NCBI GenBank assembly: GCA_951406725.2 | Contig: OX597832.1 | Coordinates: 10,664,001 to 10,728,000, forward strand | Length of the DNA stretch: 64,000 bases | Direction: 5' to 3' | DNA from: Octopus vulgaris | Taxonomy: Eukaryota | Part shown: positions 1-11,778 of the stretch, in pieces | How positions within the stretch are numbered: position 1 is the first letter of the stretch | Layout of the letters: every line of letters begins with the position of its first letter | Translations under genes and position numbers: made by a program | The notes under the pieces: model-generated | The model's input: only the letters and a program-made list of their open reading frames with translations | Told to the model about the DNA's origin: nothing | Databases searched by the model: none

Positions 1-3000
1 CGACCTGCCAGGAACCAAACTTGAGCGAGATGCTGGCACGAATGATGGAAATACATCAAGCATAATTCGTTCACAATTCCTGCTTTACCAGTCTGTGAGT
101 TCAGTTCAAAATGCTGATATAACCAGCGATACCGATTCAGTTAGTAATGAATATGCGTTAAGCAACATCTCTCGAACCGTGAACATTTTTGTTACATGCA
201 AAAATATATTTTGGTGTGCGTTTGTTGAATATCTTTAATCTCCTTTATTCACAATATTACTATTGTTTCCTGTGAATAAAACCGCTAATCATGCTATTTC
301 TCTTTATATATCTAATTGCGATTAAGGCAAAGAAGCCAGACAATTCCATTAGCAATTTAGTTACAGCCGTCACTTAAGAATTAAGTTTTATTACGAATCT
401 TTAGCGATTCTAATCGAAAAGTTTGGTATTCTCCCTCGATAAAAGATCATTTCAATCCCCGACTCATCATTGTCTTTATTTATCTCTTGGGAATTCTTTA
501 TCTGTTTTCACTTTTCTCAATTTTGCAAATAAAACCGATGTATACGGTAATTTTGTTAGCATTTAGCGTGATACTTCGTAATATCGTATTACAATTCCCG
601 TTTAGTTTTACAATATAACATATTATCAATTATATTTCACAGTTGTTTGTTAAGTGTCGATCAGATTTATGAGTGGAAGTGTGAGAAGCTTGCAAGCGTT
701 AAATCCACATGTTTTCCATGCCAAAATACACAAAAAAAAATAATAATTACACATAAATAATTATTGTTTGGTGACAAATTTCTTGTTGCACCAACTACAT
801 CCTGGTTGCTGACGTTCTTCTATTCAAATTTTTGCCCAGTTATAAAAAAATATATATTAATTCCTCGGGATTCTGTCATATAAATTTGTATTATCACTTG
901 AGATAGGTTAGGAGACGTTTAATATTGCAGAAGAGATCTATCTACCAATATATCCATTAAACATATGTGTGACGACGTTATTTTACATGTTGGCAATACT
1001 CTCCTTGCCTGGCTTTTTATTTCCCTCTACAATTAACCGAAGGAACCTACATTGGAAACAACAACAGTATTTCAACTTACTTGTTTTACCATGTAGGCTA
1101 TGAGAGTTATTATATCCTTTCTGTATTCATTTAAAGTTTCACTAAGAACGTGAAGTGTTTTTAATATATTTTCAAAATGTAACTTTTATTAATTTTTGTC
1201 GTACTACATTCTGCATTCAATTTATAAGTCAGTTTCAGTTCAAGGCTTTGGGTTTTTTTCTTCAGATGATAAGGCAATTATATTTAATCGTTTTCTCCTC
1301 CATAAGGTCATTTTAGTGCATATTTCAAGAGATTATCTCTCAAATGAATCCTTTCGTTTTGCGGAATAATACTTCTTACTATTTAACTTCTGAATAAATA
1401 AATATAGAGTTTATCGTTCTCATATGGAAACGATGGTTCCTTTTTATGCCATAGCACTTGATTTTATCATTCAGTAACTTTCGAAGGAGTGTTGAATGTC
1501 TAATCACCAAATGAAGGTGTTCTCTTAATTGGAATTAGTAACTAAAGCACTTTTTCATTTACCTATATTATTTGGATCGGCATATATCTATTTTCTCTAG
1601 GCTGCCTTGGAATATTTTACAATTACTACAACTCCTTGTGGATAACTTTGTCTCGTTTTCTATTCTTATGTGTGACTAAATAATTGATCAGAACAAAATA
1701 TTTCTCCTTAAAGTAATATGTCACATATATTCCTATATATCTATATTAATGTTTTTAAACCATCAAAAAAGCATTTAAAATGTACTGCAATTTCAATACA
1801 CATAGCACGAGAATTCTGAATGATTTTTTTTTTTCTTAAAACAACAAAGATATTCCAAAAAATTGTTTAAACGGTTGTTTTGAAAGCCTTTGGAATTTCA
1901 TTGATAGTATTATGTGTGTGTCGTTTATGCCTTGTATGTTAAGGCTTCGAAAATTAGGGGTAGACGTGACAAAATGCATTTATTTGGACTATTATTTGTT
2001 TTAATAGAGCATGTTTAAACATTGACCAAACACAGTTTATTCTATGCTCTTATAAGAGGTGACATGTATACCTATCAGTCTGTCTCTCTGTCTTTCTCTC
2101 TCTCTCTTCCCCCCTCTCTCTCGCTATATATATATATATATATATATTATACACACACACACACGTAGATACATAAATATATTAGAAACTATATACAGTG
2201 ATTGATTGATTGATTGATATAACAACAATGATAAAACTATCCGTATATGTATGTGTGTAACATTCTTTTTCCTTTCGTCTAAATATTTATCCCCAATTAA
2301 ATTGTAATGTTTTACCACACACACACGTTCATACTGACACACTTGTGTGCTTATATACATACACAGAGACTAAGGCATAGTACGCATAAGTCTTTTTATA
2401 TGTGTGTGAACGTGTATTGCCATACATACGCAACACTCACATACATGTACTTGCATAAATATACAGTGCGTCTGCACCTCAAAATATATGTATGCGAGAG
2501 TGTGATGATGTGAGCGTGTGCATGTGTTTGTGTATGTAAAAGCAGATTGAATCCGTTTCTATACGCATCTTTCAGTAAAGCTATTATCACCTGCAAGACA
2601 TACATTCTCTCTAATATTTTTCACTTTTATCTCACTAGCGCTAAACCAGATCTCTTTGTATATAAACATAGAATAGACTACTCAAGGAAACCTACAGCAA
2701 TCTGAAACAATTTTCTCACAAATATAACACAAACTCTGCGTTACATTTGGATTTCGTTTACGATTAATAATAGTGTTTCGGTTGAAGTGAAACACGTGCA
2801 ACGCGATAAAGAAAAAAAAAAGAATCAGTAAATGGAAATATTTTGCTATTTTTCTTTCGCTTTTGTCTTGGCTAAGGAAACATATTTTGTTGTTTTGTTT
2901 TTAATATTTAAAACAATTATATACCCTAGTGAAGGATTATGGGTGTTTAGAATTATGTATCCCATTACTAAGTTCTCTATGTCGGGAAATTGTATCTGTA

Positions 3001-3691
3001 TATGTAAGAAGATGTACTCACTGCCTTATAATTTACATAGCATTTGAGGGTTGTGTCTATGATAGAGACAGGATAGATATACTAGGAGGGTGGAATAAAT
3101 AGAGGGAAAGTAATTCAGGGGAAAAGACTGTGAATGAGAAAGAAACATTGAGAAATAATAGAAGAAGAGAAATTTGCTATGATAGAGAGTAAATATAAAA
3201 CAGAGATGGCTGACGCATTAGAAAATGTATGCAAAGTTAGTTTTGTGGTTTATAGAGTACAATTTTAAACCTTATTTAACTCTGTGTTGGCTGCAATTCA
3301 TAGCGTTATTATGTTCTACATTATAGCAATAAGTGTAGACTACCACAGCAATATATTATCTTAAATCACCTAGTTTTTGCAAATTCTATAACACTTGATC
3401 TAGAGTAAGTTACTTTCTTTTCAAACAATAAAAATGAATGAATTATAATTTTCAAACCGGTCAAAAGACAGTCATTTTATCAGACAGCACACTTGTAAAG
3501 TGTTAAGTGAGAGAAAGAGTATGTATATGTCCAAATATAACCGGGTTAATAGTATATCATCCTCATGATGGAAATATCTTAACATTTTAACGTAAATGTT
3601 CTATCTATAATAACTACTTTGCAATGAGAACTATAGCACATATTTTCGTTGTAAATTTAATAGATAATATTGTTAAAATATTTTATGTTAT

Positions 3692-3911
3692 ATTCTTCAC
3701 CTATTTCAGTCTTAGATTGCGGCCATGCTAGGGCACTGCTTCGAACAATTGTTAGTCAAACATAATTACCCAGTACATTTTTACAACCTCTAGCGTATTT
3801 TATAGGTATCTTCTGGTGATCTGCCAGTTTAGGGGGGCGTAAACAAACAAACAAACAACGGTTGTCAAGCACTGATGAGAAACAAACACACAAAGACACA
3901 CACACACACAC
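3692..3911 (-). mobile_element. SINE family B, degenerate 3' half
   Basis: Reverse complement resembles the family B 3' half (TTTCAGTC..TGCGGCCATGCTAGGGCAC, GTAAACA..CGGTTGTCAAGC..AAACAAACACAC); ends in the internal (CA)n tract. Confidence 0.7.
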
Positions 3912-4267
3912 GAATACACTGCCTTCGAAACGCGCCTGAGTTAACTAGCGACAGCTGATGACGGTGGATTTTTCCTTGTGTAGCATGTCCTGTACTTGTT
4001 TTTCTCGTAAAAAATTTGGATTTTTCCTTGTGTAGCCTGTCCTGTACTTGTAAAATTTTTGTTTTTCCCGTTTCTACGTCTTGTTGTGGCGTCCTGTACT
4101 TACGTATATTTATTTAAATATGCATGTATATATACATGTAGATGTAGATACGTACATATATGTTTGTATGTATGCATATATTTTTATTTATCACATTATT
4201 GTCTGACAGCGCCTCGCGTCAGGTTCGTTTCGATTTGTCGGTTCGTTCCACTTCTTGTCTCCATTTA

Positions 4268-4270
<3 letters not shown>
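3912..4270. repeat. Unclassified insertion splitting a family B SINE; contains a 34-bp direct repeat
   Basis: Lies between the two halves of one minus-strand family B copy. GGATTTTTCCTTGTGTAGCmTGTCCTGTACTTGT occurs at 3966-3999 and 4018-4051. Followed by (TA)n at 4271-4329. Confidence 0.5.
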
Positions 4271-4329
<59 letters not shown>

Positions 4330-4333
<4 letters not shown>

Positions 4334-4473
4334 CCTTCTGTCAACTTCCATCAGCCGTCCCTTGTAGGCCCGTGGCTGTAGTTAATGACACTTTCTCTAG
4401 GAACCACGAAATGCGGCTAAGCTCGGAACTATTTGTTTAGGAAGCTAACTTCTTACTATACAGCCACGCTTGT
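4330..4473 (-). mobile_element. SINE family B, degenerate 5' half
   Basis: Ends ...GGAAGCTAACTTCTTACTATACAGCCACGCTTGTG, the reverse complement of the family B tRNA-like head. Confidence 0.65.
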
Positions 4474-4904
4474 GATTTTTGCTACTATATTTAATATTTT
4501 TATTCGACACAATCTTTCCTACAGTGTAATCTGTAACAAAGTACACTTTTCTGACATTACTTTGTACCTATTGATATATCTCACTTCCTCATAAATTAAT
4601 GCCTTACATGAATTATGTATTCGTCGTGGTAGTATTTTTATAGTTTCCCCCCATGCCACCAATATTGTACGTAAAACAAAAAACAATAATGAATTTCTTC
4701 AGACATTTCGAATGTTGCTTACACAGCGCGTCATTTCAGAATTCATGGTAATTTGGGTTAGAGTTACTTACGGTAGCATTCAGTCAACGCCTGTTTCATG
4801 AGTGAAACTGATGCAAAAGCATTCCGGAAGCCATTAGATTGATTGTAACACCAATGTGAAAATGCAACTAGGTCGCAGCTTTGTCAGGTTAATATCGACA
4901 GTGA

Positions 4905-5297
4905 GGTGGAGGCGCAATGGCCCAGTGGTTAGGGCAGCGGACTCGCGGTCATAGGATTGCGGTTTCGATTCCCAGACCGGGCGTTGTGAGTGTTTATTGA
5001 GCGAAAACACCTAAAGCTCCACGAGGCTCCGGCAGGGGATAGTGGTGATCCCTGCTGTACTCTTTCACCACAAATTTCTCTCACTCTTACTTCCTGTTTC
5101 TGTTGTACCTGTATTTCAAAGGGCCGGCATTGTCACTCTTTGTGTCACGCTGAATATCCCCGAGAACTACGTTAAGGGTACGCGTGTCTGTGGAGTGCTC
5201 AGCCACTTACACGTTAATTTCACGAGCAGGCTGTTCCGTTGATTCGGATCAACGGGAACCCTCGTCGTCGTAACCGACGGAGTGCTTCCATCCATCC
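4905..5297 (+). mobile_element. tRNA-derived SINE family A, full length, with TSD
   Basis: A box TGGCCCAGTGG, B box GTTTCGATTCC, (TCCA)n tail; 11-bp TSD ATCGACAGTGA at 4894-4904 and 5298-5308; about 96% identical to 41732-42118. Confidence 0.95.
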
Positions 5298-5526
5298 ATC
5301 GACAGTGAATTGCATTAAAGGTGTGCTTGATGGGGGATTCTGTAGTCACTCAATGAGTAGCTAGATTAGTTCATTAAACAAATGAATACTCAGAGATTAT
5401 GCAGTATGAAGTCTAAATGGAATTCTAGGGTAGAGTTGTTTAAATCATGCTCCTAGTCTTCTGAAAGATAAAATATGATGAAAAGTGTGACAGAAATATT
5501 TCAGGCATGATATAGAAACTACTTAA

Positions 5527-5692
5527 CCTAGTACAGGAGCGGCTGTGTGGTAAGTATCTTGCTTACCAACCACATGGTTCCGGGTTCAGTCCCACTGCGT
5601 GGCACCTTGGGCAAGTGTCTTCTACTATAGCCTCGGGCCGACCAAAGCCTTGTGAGTGGATTTGTTAGACGGAAACTGAAAGAAGCCCGTCG

Positions 5693-5763
<71 letters not shown>

Positions 5764-5956
5764 CCCTAGCATTGCTTGACAACCGATGGTGGTATGTTTA
5801 TGTCCCCGTCAATTAGCGGTTCGGCAAACAGAGACCGATAGAATAAGCACTGGGTTTACAAAGAATAAGTCCCGGGGTCGAGTTGCTCGATTAAAGGCGG
5901 TGCTCCAGCATTGCCGCACTCAAATGACTGAAAGAAGTAAAAGAGAGAGTAGATAT
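5527..5956 (+). mobile_element. tRNA-derived SINE family B (internal TA/TG microsatellite), full length
   Basis: GGCTGTGTGGTAAG A box, GGTTCAGTCCC B box, CCTTGGGCAAGTG CORE-like motif, internal (TATG)/(TA)/(TG), AG-rich tail; candidate TSD ACTACTTAA at 5518-5526 and 5957-5965. Confidence 0.92.
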
Positions 5957-6734
5957 ACTACTTAAAATTTTGCTATCAATTTCACATCATGACCTAAGAA
6001 TGTGCTGTGATATGCCTCGTAAACACGTTTATTCATACCTTGGCAGAACAATGTCAGCGCCTATTTACCGTTTCGCCAACATATTCCCAGGGGATAGACA
6101 AGCTGCCAAAATATTTCAATTAATTTTCAATATAATCATGATTACAGAGTGGTTTAGTAAATTAACCCTGAGTTTATATATTCGTATATTACATTAGGTT
6201 TGACCAACTGTAATCACGGATTATTAAGCATGCTGTAATTAGAATGTAATGGAGGCTTTCTTTTAAATATGATTACTTGAGTATCGGTGACCTGAGGCAG
6301 GTTGCTATCATTACAAAGGGTTATTACAATATTTTGCAGCTATTTTCTAATATTTACTGATATAATGTGGAAAGGCAATAATGTTAAAATTTCGAGGCTT
6401 CCTCTAAATCATTAAGATGATTAGGCCGTTTCAAGATACCTCTAATTACTAAATATTATGCAATTGAATTTATGAATTCCATTCAGTAAGAGGAGTGTTA
6501 AAAGGTCAGCTCAATTAATGACTCGCTGTATTTAATTATATTCGTCCTTACATTTATATTGTGAAATCTAGTAGAGTCAAGGGTCCATAAAATAAATAAT
6601 TGTCATGTCAAACATTAGATCTGAGGACCCCGTAACAGTGATGTATTTTGGTTTTATCTTACCAGCTATCATTTCTTCCAAAAACTTGTTGTCATTGTGG
6701 CTATGTAGAGTATCATTATATTCTACATTATTTT

Positions 6735-7008
6735 ATTCTTTATCCTTTACTTTTTTCATCATTTGACTATTGCCGTCATGTTTGTGCACCAGATTGAAGG
6801 GATTCAGTCGAGCAAATCGACCACAAGACTAATCTTTTGAAGCCTGGTAAGTTATCGGAACGTAATCACGCCAATATAGGTTGCGAAGGTTTTGGTCGGC
6901 CCGAGGCTATAGTAGAAGACCCTTGCCCAAGGTGCCACACAGTGGGAATGAACCCAGAACCATGTGATTCGTAAGCAAACTACCTACCACACAGCCACTC
7001 CTGCGCCT
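6735..7008 (-). mobile_element. SINE family B, internally deleted
   Basis: 3' part (CATTTGACT..AGTCGAGCAAATCGACC) joined to the 5' head (..CCACACAGCCACTCCTGCGCC); microsatellite region missing. Confidence 0.85.
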
Positions 7009-9013
7009 ATCTAATGCTGCTATGCATGTTGCGCATTCATCCAGATTTGATCTAAAAAACTGTGGTAATGTTGTCATTTATTCAGATACAGTGGTTATAC
7101 GACCACCTTGTGTACATTTAAAAGTAGTGTGGCAACATAAGAGTAAGACTTCGTTTTTATTTTTAAATATAGGTGGTGGGGGAATCACACACACATACAC
7201 ACACATATATACGACGAGCGTTTTTCAGATTCCCTCTGCCAAGTTCACTCACAGGGCTTTAGTTGGCTTCAGATTATAGTGGAAGACCCTCGAGTTGCCA
7301 CGCAGTGGGACTGAACACAGAACCACGTAGTTAGGAGGCAAGCTTCTTACCATACGGTTACACCTGGACCTTATGCAAGTTTTCGAAATGCAAAATGGTG
7401 TTATCAGTTATTATTCGTATACCTTTCACTACCTTAGCTTTGTTTACGCTCCAGCAAAGGATTCGTATTACACCTTCTTAATATTGTATTTGATTTATAT
7501 CAAAAATATCTTAGATGAAAACATATAAAGAGAATTTTCAGAAGTTTCAACATTCATATGACACTTGAAATGCTTAAAGAAATGTCATAGAGACTGGAAT
7601 ATTCTGTAGCTTTTTGATTGATTGTATAATCTTCCGCCAAATGAATATATGTCACGGTTTGATATCTTAGATGATTAGACACAGATAAACTCATGATTTA
7701 TTCAAGAAAATAATACAATGTACTACAGTGAAAACATATAGTGCTACGTGTAATGGAAACTTTATCGAAGTGAGAATAAAACAGATTAGAGTTTATGCTT
7801 CTTTTGTCCAAATTTAAATTTGATTCCCATTGAAATTCAGCACATTCAGTGGATAAGAAATTCTTTGAGATTATCTCCTATTATTCTTTGTACACTTGTT
7901 GCGTAACCCGTCAAATGGAACAAACACTAAATCGACTTGAACACAACGCAGTTGAATTACCGAACTAGTTACATTAATTCATTTAGTACAGCTTTATAAA
8001 TCTCCTTCCCAACTCAACCAAATTCTTGAATTTCTTTTTTTTCTTTTGCAAGTCTTAAAATAACTTGTATATCAATTACACCGTATGTTGCCAAGGAACT
8101 CTTCTTAACTGACTACGAACATGAAAATATAAAACAACAAAAATAATAAATAATAAATGACTGCTATAAAAATTGATTATACACCGAAAAATTAATGTTT
8201 TTAGTAAATTTCAGAGGAAACATTTGTAAAAGTAATTACCTGACCTAATTTTCCATTTAAAAGCCGGTGTATGAAATATCAAAATGAAAAAATGCCTAAT
8301 GTTAACAATAACATTAATAATACCACAGTAAAAAAAAAAATCTTTGATCTTTATCAGAAAATATTTAAATTATTAAGCTTTGTAAAGTTCCTTAAATATC
8401 GATCTATTTACAAAGATGTAGGTTCCTTTTAATGGCACACTATATAGGCAATCGATTCGTTACTAATATATTACTAGTGTTTATTTTATTGAGAAGAAGG
8501 ATTAAAAGCTAATACATTGCCAGCGTTATTAAACACTAGCCTACAACCCACACCACGTATTAATTCTCCTTCTCTATCCTCTTCGGTAAATCAATTATAC
8601 TCTGGACTCATATATTGATTTGAGTTTACTTAAATAACTGCTATGTCTCTTAGTAGAATACAGGATGGACCATAAAAGAATATTGTCAACTTCTACTTCA
8701 ATTTCTCTTTAAAGGCTCAACATTAATAATCTGCTAAAAATAAAAACGAAGTCTTACTCTTATATTGCCACACTACTTTTAAATGTATACAAGGTGGTCG
8801 TATAACCACTGAATCAGAATAAATGACAGCATTACCACAGTTTTTTAGATCAAATCTGGATGCATGCGTAACATGCATAGCAGCATTAGATAGGCGCAGG
8901 AGTGGCTTTGTGGTAGGTAGTTTGCTTACGAATCACATAGTTCTGGGTTCATTTCCACTGCGTGGCACCTTGGGCAGGTGTCTTCTACTATAGCCTCCGG
9001 CTGACCAAACCTT
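6886..9013. repeat. Local inverted duplication; arms 6886-7165 and 8735-9013
   Basis: About 157 bp of non-SINE flank (7 differences) plus the adjacent SINE B head recur in inverted orientation, separated by about 1.57 kb. Confidence 0.9.
7180..7372 (-). mobile_element. SINE family B, degenerate 5' part
   Basis: CACTCACAGGGCTTTAGTTGGC..TGCCACGCAGTGGGACTGAAC..AAGCTTCTTACCATAC. Confidence 0.75.
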
Positions 9014-9204
9014 GTGAGTGGATTTGTTAAACGGAAAGAAGCCCGTCGCATGTATATATATATATATATATATATTGGCCTGCTCGCTTAGCTAGCGGGG
9101 TGGCGTCATTTGAAGGGTAAACAATACGAAGCGTATTGTGACCAGCGATATGTAGCAACATATGATAGCCTGGTCGGTCACGTGATATATATGTGTATAT
9201 ATAT

Positions 9205-9236
<32 letters not shown>

Positions 9237-9475
9237 ATGTGTGTCTGTATGTCTGTGTGTCTGTGTTTGTTCCCCCAACATCGCTTGACAACCGATGGTG
9301 GTGTGTGTACGTTCCTGTAACTTAGCTGTTCTGCAAAAGAGACCGATAGAATAAGTACTAGGCTAACGAAGAATAAGGCCTTGGGTCTTTTCGCTCGACT
9401 AAAGGCAGAGCTCTAGCATGACCGCAGTCAAATGACTGAAACAAAAGTAAAAAAGAAAAGAGGATAAAAGAGAGA
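8893..9475 (+). mobile_element. SINE family B, full length, with ~110-bp insert (9076-9187) in its (TA)n
   Basis: GGCGCAGGAGTGGC head through CAGTCAAATGACTGAAAC tail; extra GC-richer segment with (TA)n on both sides. Confidence 0.9.
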
Positions 9476-9676
9476 CCAAATTAATACACACAAATGGCCA
9501 CTCGGTCTGCGAGAAATAAAGTCATTCTACCTCAAAACAAACAGCAACGATTTTCATGAGGAAATAGACTCTGTAATATATAATCTTCTATGGAAGAAAA
9601 TAACAACATATGCGTTATGGATGCAACGTCTTCGATAAGTGTTTTTTTAAGATCTGTATTGAGCTTGGACTAAATT

Positions 9677-11334
9677 ACCACAGCAACCCAAATCCTGTGT
9701 GAATGATAACACAATAACACAATGAAATTAAAAAAAAAAAAAGAAACCGAAACGGAAATAACCTTTTCTAGGGGTATTTTGAGTGTAGTTCTTGAATATA
9801 ACATCCGTTTCTTTCTGTGACCCTCTAGCTTCCCGTACATTACCATCTTACTTATGTTAGATACACTGATGGCTCTGTAGGAATTGAGTGAAAACAAGAT
9901 TAGGTCGAAACTGAAAGCTCTGAAAGTAATGAACATATTTTGATATAATATCAATGAAGTGTTTCTAAGGTATTTCTCCATATAACTTCGGAAAATTATA
10001 AAAATACACTAATGTTTTAGTTATATGGATCCAAATCCGTGGTAAATCTGACAAGAAAAAACACCTCATAACCCAAGCTAAACTCAATTATCTAGTTCGT
10101 GATTTAACACTAAGCAACATAGTGAAGTCCCGGCTTCACGTCTGCAACAATGGAACCTGGTTGAATAAAGATGCTCGAATTAGAGTATTCTGGGAGCGTT
10201 CTGCAGATTTACAGCAATTCTTCACTTATAGTAATGATATAAGATACTTATTTAATGCCCTTGAGCTGATCTATGAATCAAATGAGTAGAGGTTATTCAT
10301 TGATGCTTCCCTTTACAACATAAAAGCGATTCTATTGCATATTGGGAACACCATGCCTTCAGTTCCAGTTTCTCATTCAGTCGTTTTAAGAGAGTCATAT
10401 GAGACCCTCGCTTTTATTCTAGACGACATAACTTACAAGGAACATTAATGGCTAATTTCTTTCTGCCGACTTGAAATTAGCAGATATACTTAATGGGTTG
10501 CATACTAGATACACCAGTTTTATGTGGTTCCTTTGCAAATAGGACATCATAAGGGCCAGATCAGAATATTATGTACGCTCAGAAGGCCACCTCGGGAAAT
10601 TATGACATCCGGATGCAATGCGAACACTGCATATAAAACTAGGCCTCATGAAGCAATTTACCAAATCACTACAACATAATAAGCCATGTTTCCAGTACCT
10701 CAAGGCCAAAATTAGAGAGGGCATATCCGTGGGCAATCAGATTCGTCAACTTAAATCTGATTAGGACTTCGAGGCAACAAAAGATGAAACTGAAATAACG
10801 GCCTGGTATGCATCCAAAGATGTACGCAAAGGACTACTGGGAAAAGCACGAAGTGGCGCAGCGAGAGACACTTTCTTCATTCTCATCTGTTCTTCTTCCG
10901 AGAGAATGCAGGATACGTGAATAATGAACATAGAGCAAGGTTCCATCAAGATATAACGTCAATAGCAAACAGGTATAAGAGAAAATGGAGCCCGGCTATG
11001 CTGCCTGACTTTTCCTGGAACTGAAGCATGGCATACCTGAGATGTGTTATATACGAAGATGTAAATATTAAAATGTATGTTAATACATTATATAATGCTA
11101 GCAATCATGCCGATTCATTATATATTTATGAATTAATCTGACTTTGGGAGCAAAATAAATTTATGGTATCGTGGAAATTGGTATAAATTACATAATTAAT
11201 AAGTCGGTAATTTACAAGAAAACGTGTGGTGAGGGGAAATTTTGATGTAACATTCAAATTTAGCAATCAACTTCATAATAAAATGTACACGAGAAATATG
11301 TTTTTCACTTGGCCCTGAAATTCGTTGTACAATG
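9677..11334 (+). mobile_element. Chapaev-3-type (CMC superfamily) DNA transposon, internally deleted, degenerate TIRs
   Basis: Encloses the transposase remnant. Reverse complement of 9778-9845 (GGTAATGTACGGGAAGC..GATGTTATATTCAAG) resembles 11205-11270 (GGTAATTTACAAGAAAAC..GATGTAACATTCAAA). Right end GTTGTACAATG followed by TAA resembles CAGTG plus a TWA target. Left boundary approximate. Confidence 0.65.
10040..11022 (+). pseudogene. Transposase pseudogene, Chapaev-3-like
   Basis: Manual translation across stops and frameshifts: HLITQAKLNYLVRDL, ASRLQQWNL, RLFIDASLYNIKAILLHIGNTMPSVPVSHSVVLRESYE, LHIKLGLMKQF, AKIREGISVGNQIRQL, HFLHSHLFFFRENAGYVNNEHRARFHQDI..RYKRKWSPAML. Confidence 0.88.
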
Positions 11335-11593
11335 TAATTTAAATATCATAATGTTTATACCTGATAATATCAGACGGTGAATCGTGTGATTTCTGTCATT
11401 TTCTTCAGGTTCTAAGTGATGTGAGCTAAAAATCCAAACGGGATCATTATTTGTTGTTCGCCACTCCGGGATCGAAAATTTAGTACCGGTTCAGTTCTTG
11501 GATTGATAGAATTGATTTTAAACATTGCTTCAAATTTGCATCTTGATATGCTTCTTTAAGAAGTCATTATCTTTATTATTGCAGCACCTGATA

Positions 11594-11660
11594 AGGTGGC
11601 GAGCTGGTAAAATTAATTAGCGGCCTTCAATGAGAGAAGTTTTCAGGCATTTTGCCATCA
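11594..11660 (+). mobile_element. SINE family C, 5' fragment
   Basis: GGTGGCGAGCTGGTAAAATTAATTAGC resembles the family C head; a degenerate 3' fragment lies just upstream (about 11400-11575). Confidence 0.5.
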
Positions 11661-11680
11661 TGAGAAAGAATTATTCTTGT

Positions 11681-11723
<43 letters not shown>

Positions 11724-11778
11724 GCTGCTGCTGCTACTGTTGCTGCTGCTACTACTACTACTACTACTACTACTACTA
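11681..11778. repeat. (TAC)n/(TGC)n compound microsatellite
   Basis: Direct reading. Confidence 0.97.

Noticed and set aside
3918-3967. CGAAACGCGCC...CTGATGA as a permuted (type II) hammerhead
   Set aside because: Both core words are present, but the cleavage triplet lacks the required U, and stems I and II cannot be closed next to the core
4906-4985. tRNA gene-like sequences (also 41735-41812 and the family B and C heads)
   Set aside because: A and B boxes are present but no proper acceptor stem, and each continues into a SINE body with tail and TSD
4990-5349. Duplicated ORFs MFIERKHLKLHEAPAG... (also 41819-42071) suggesting a small gene family
   Set aside because: They lie wholly within SINE family A copies bounded by TSDs
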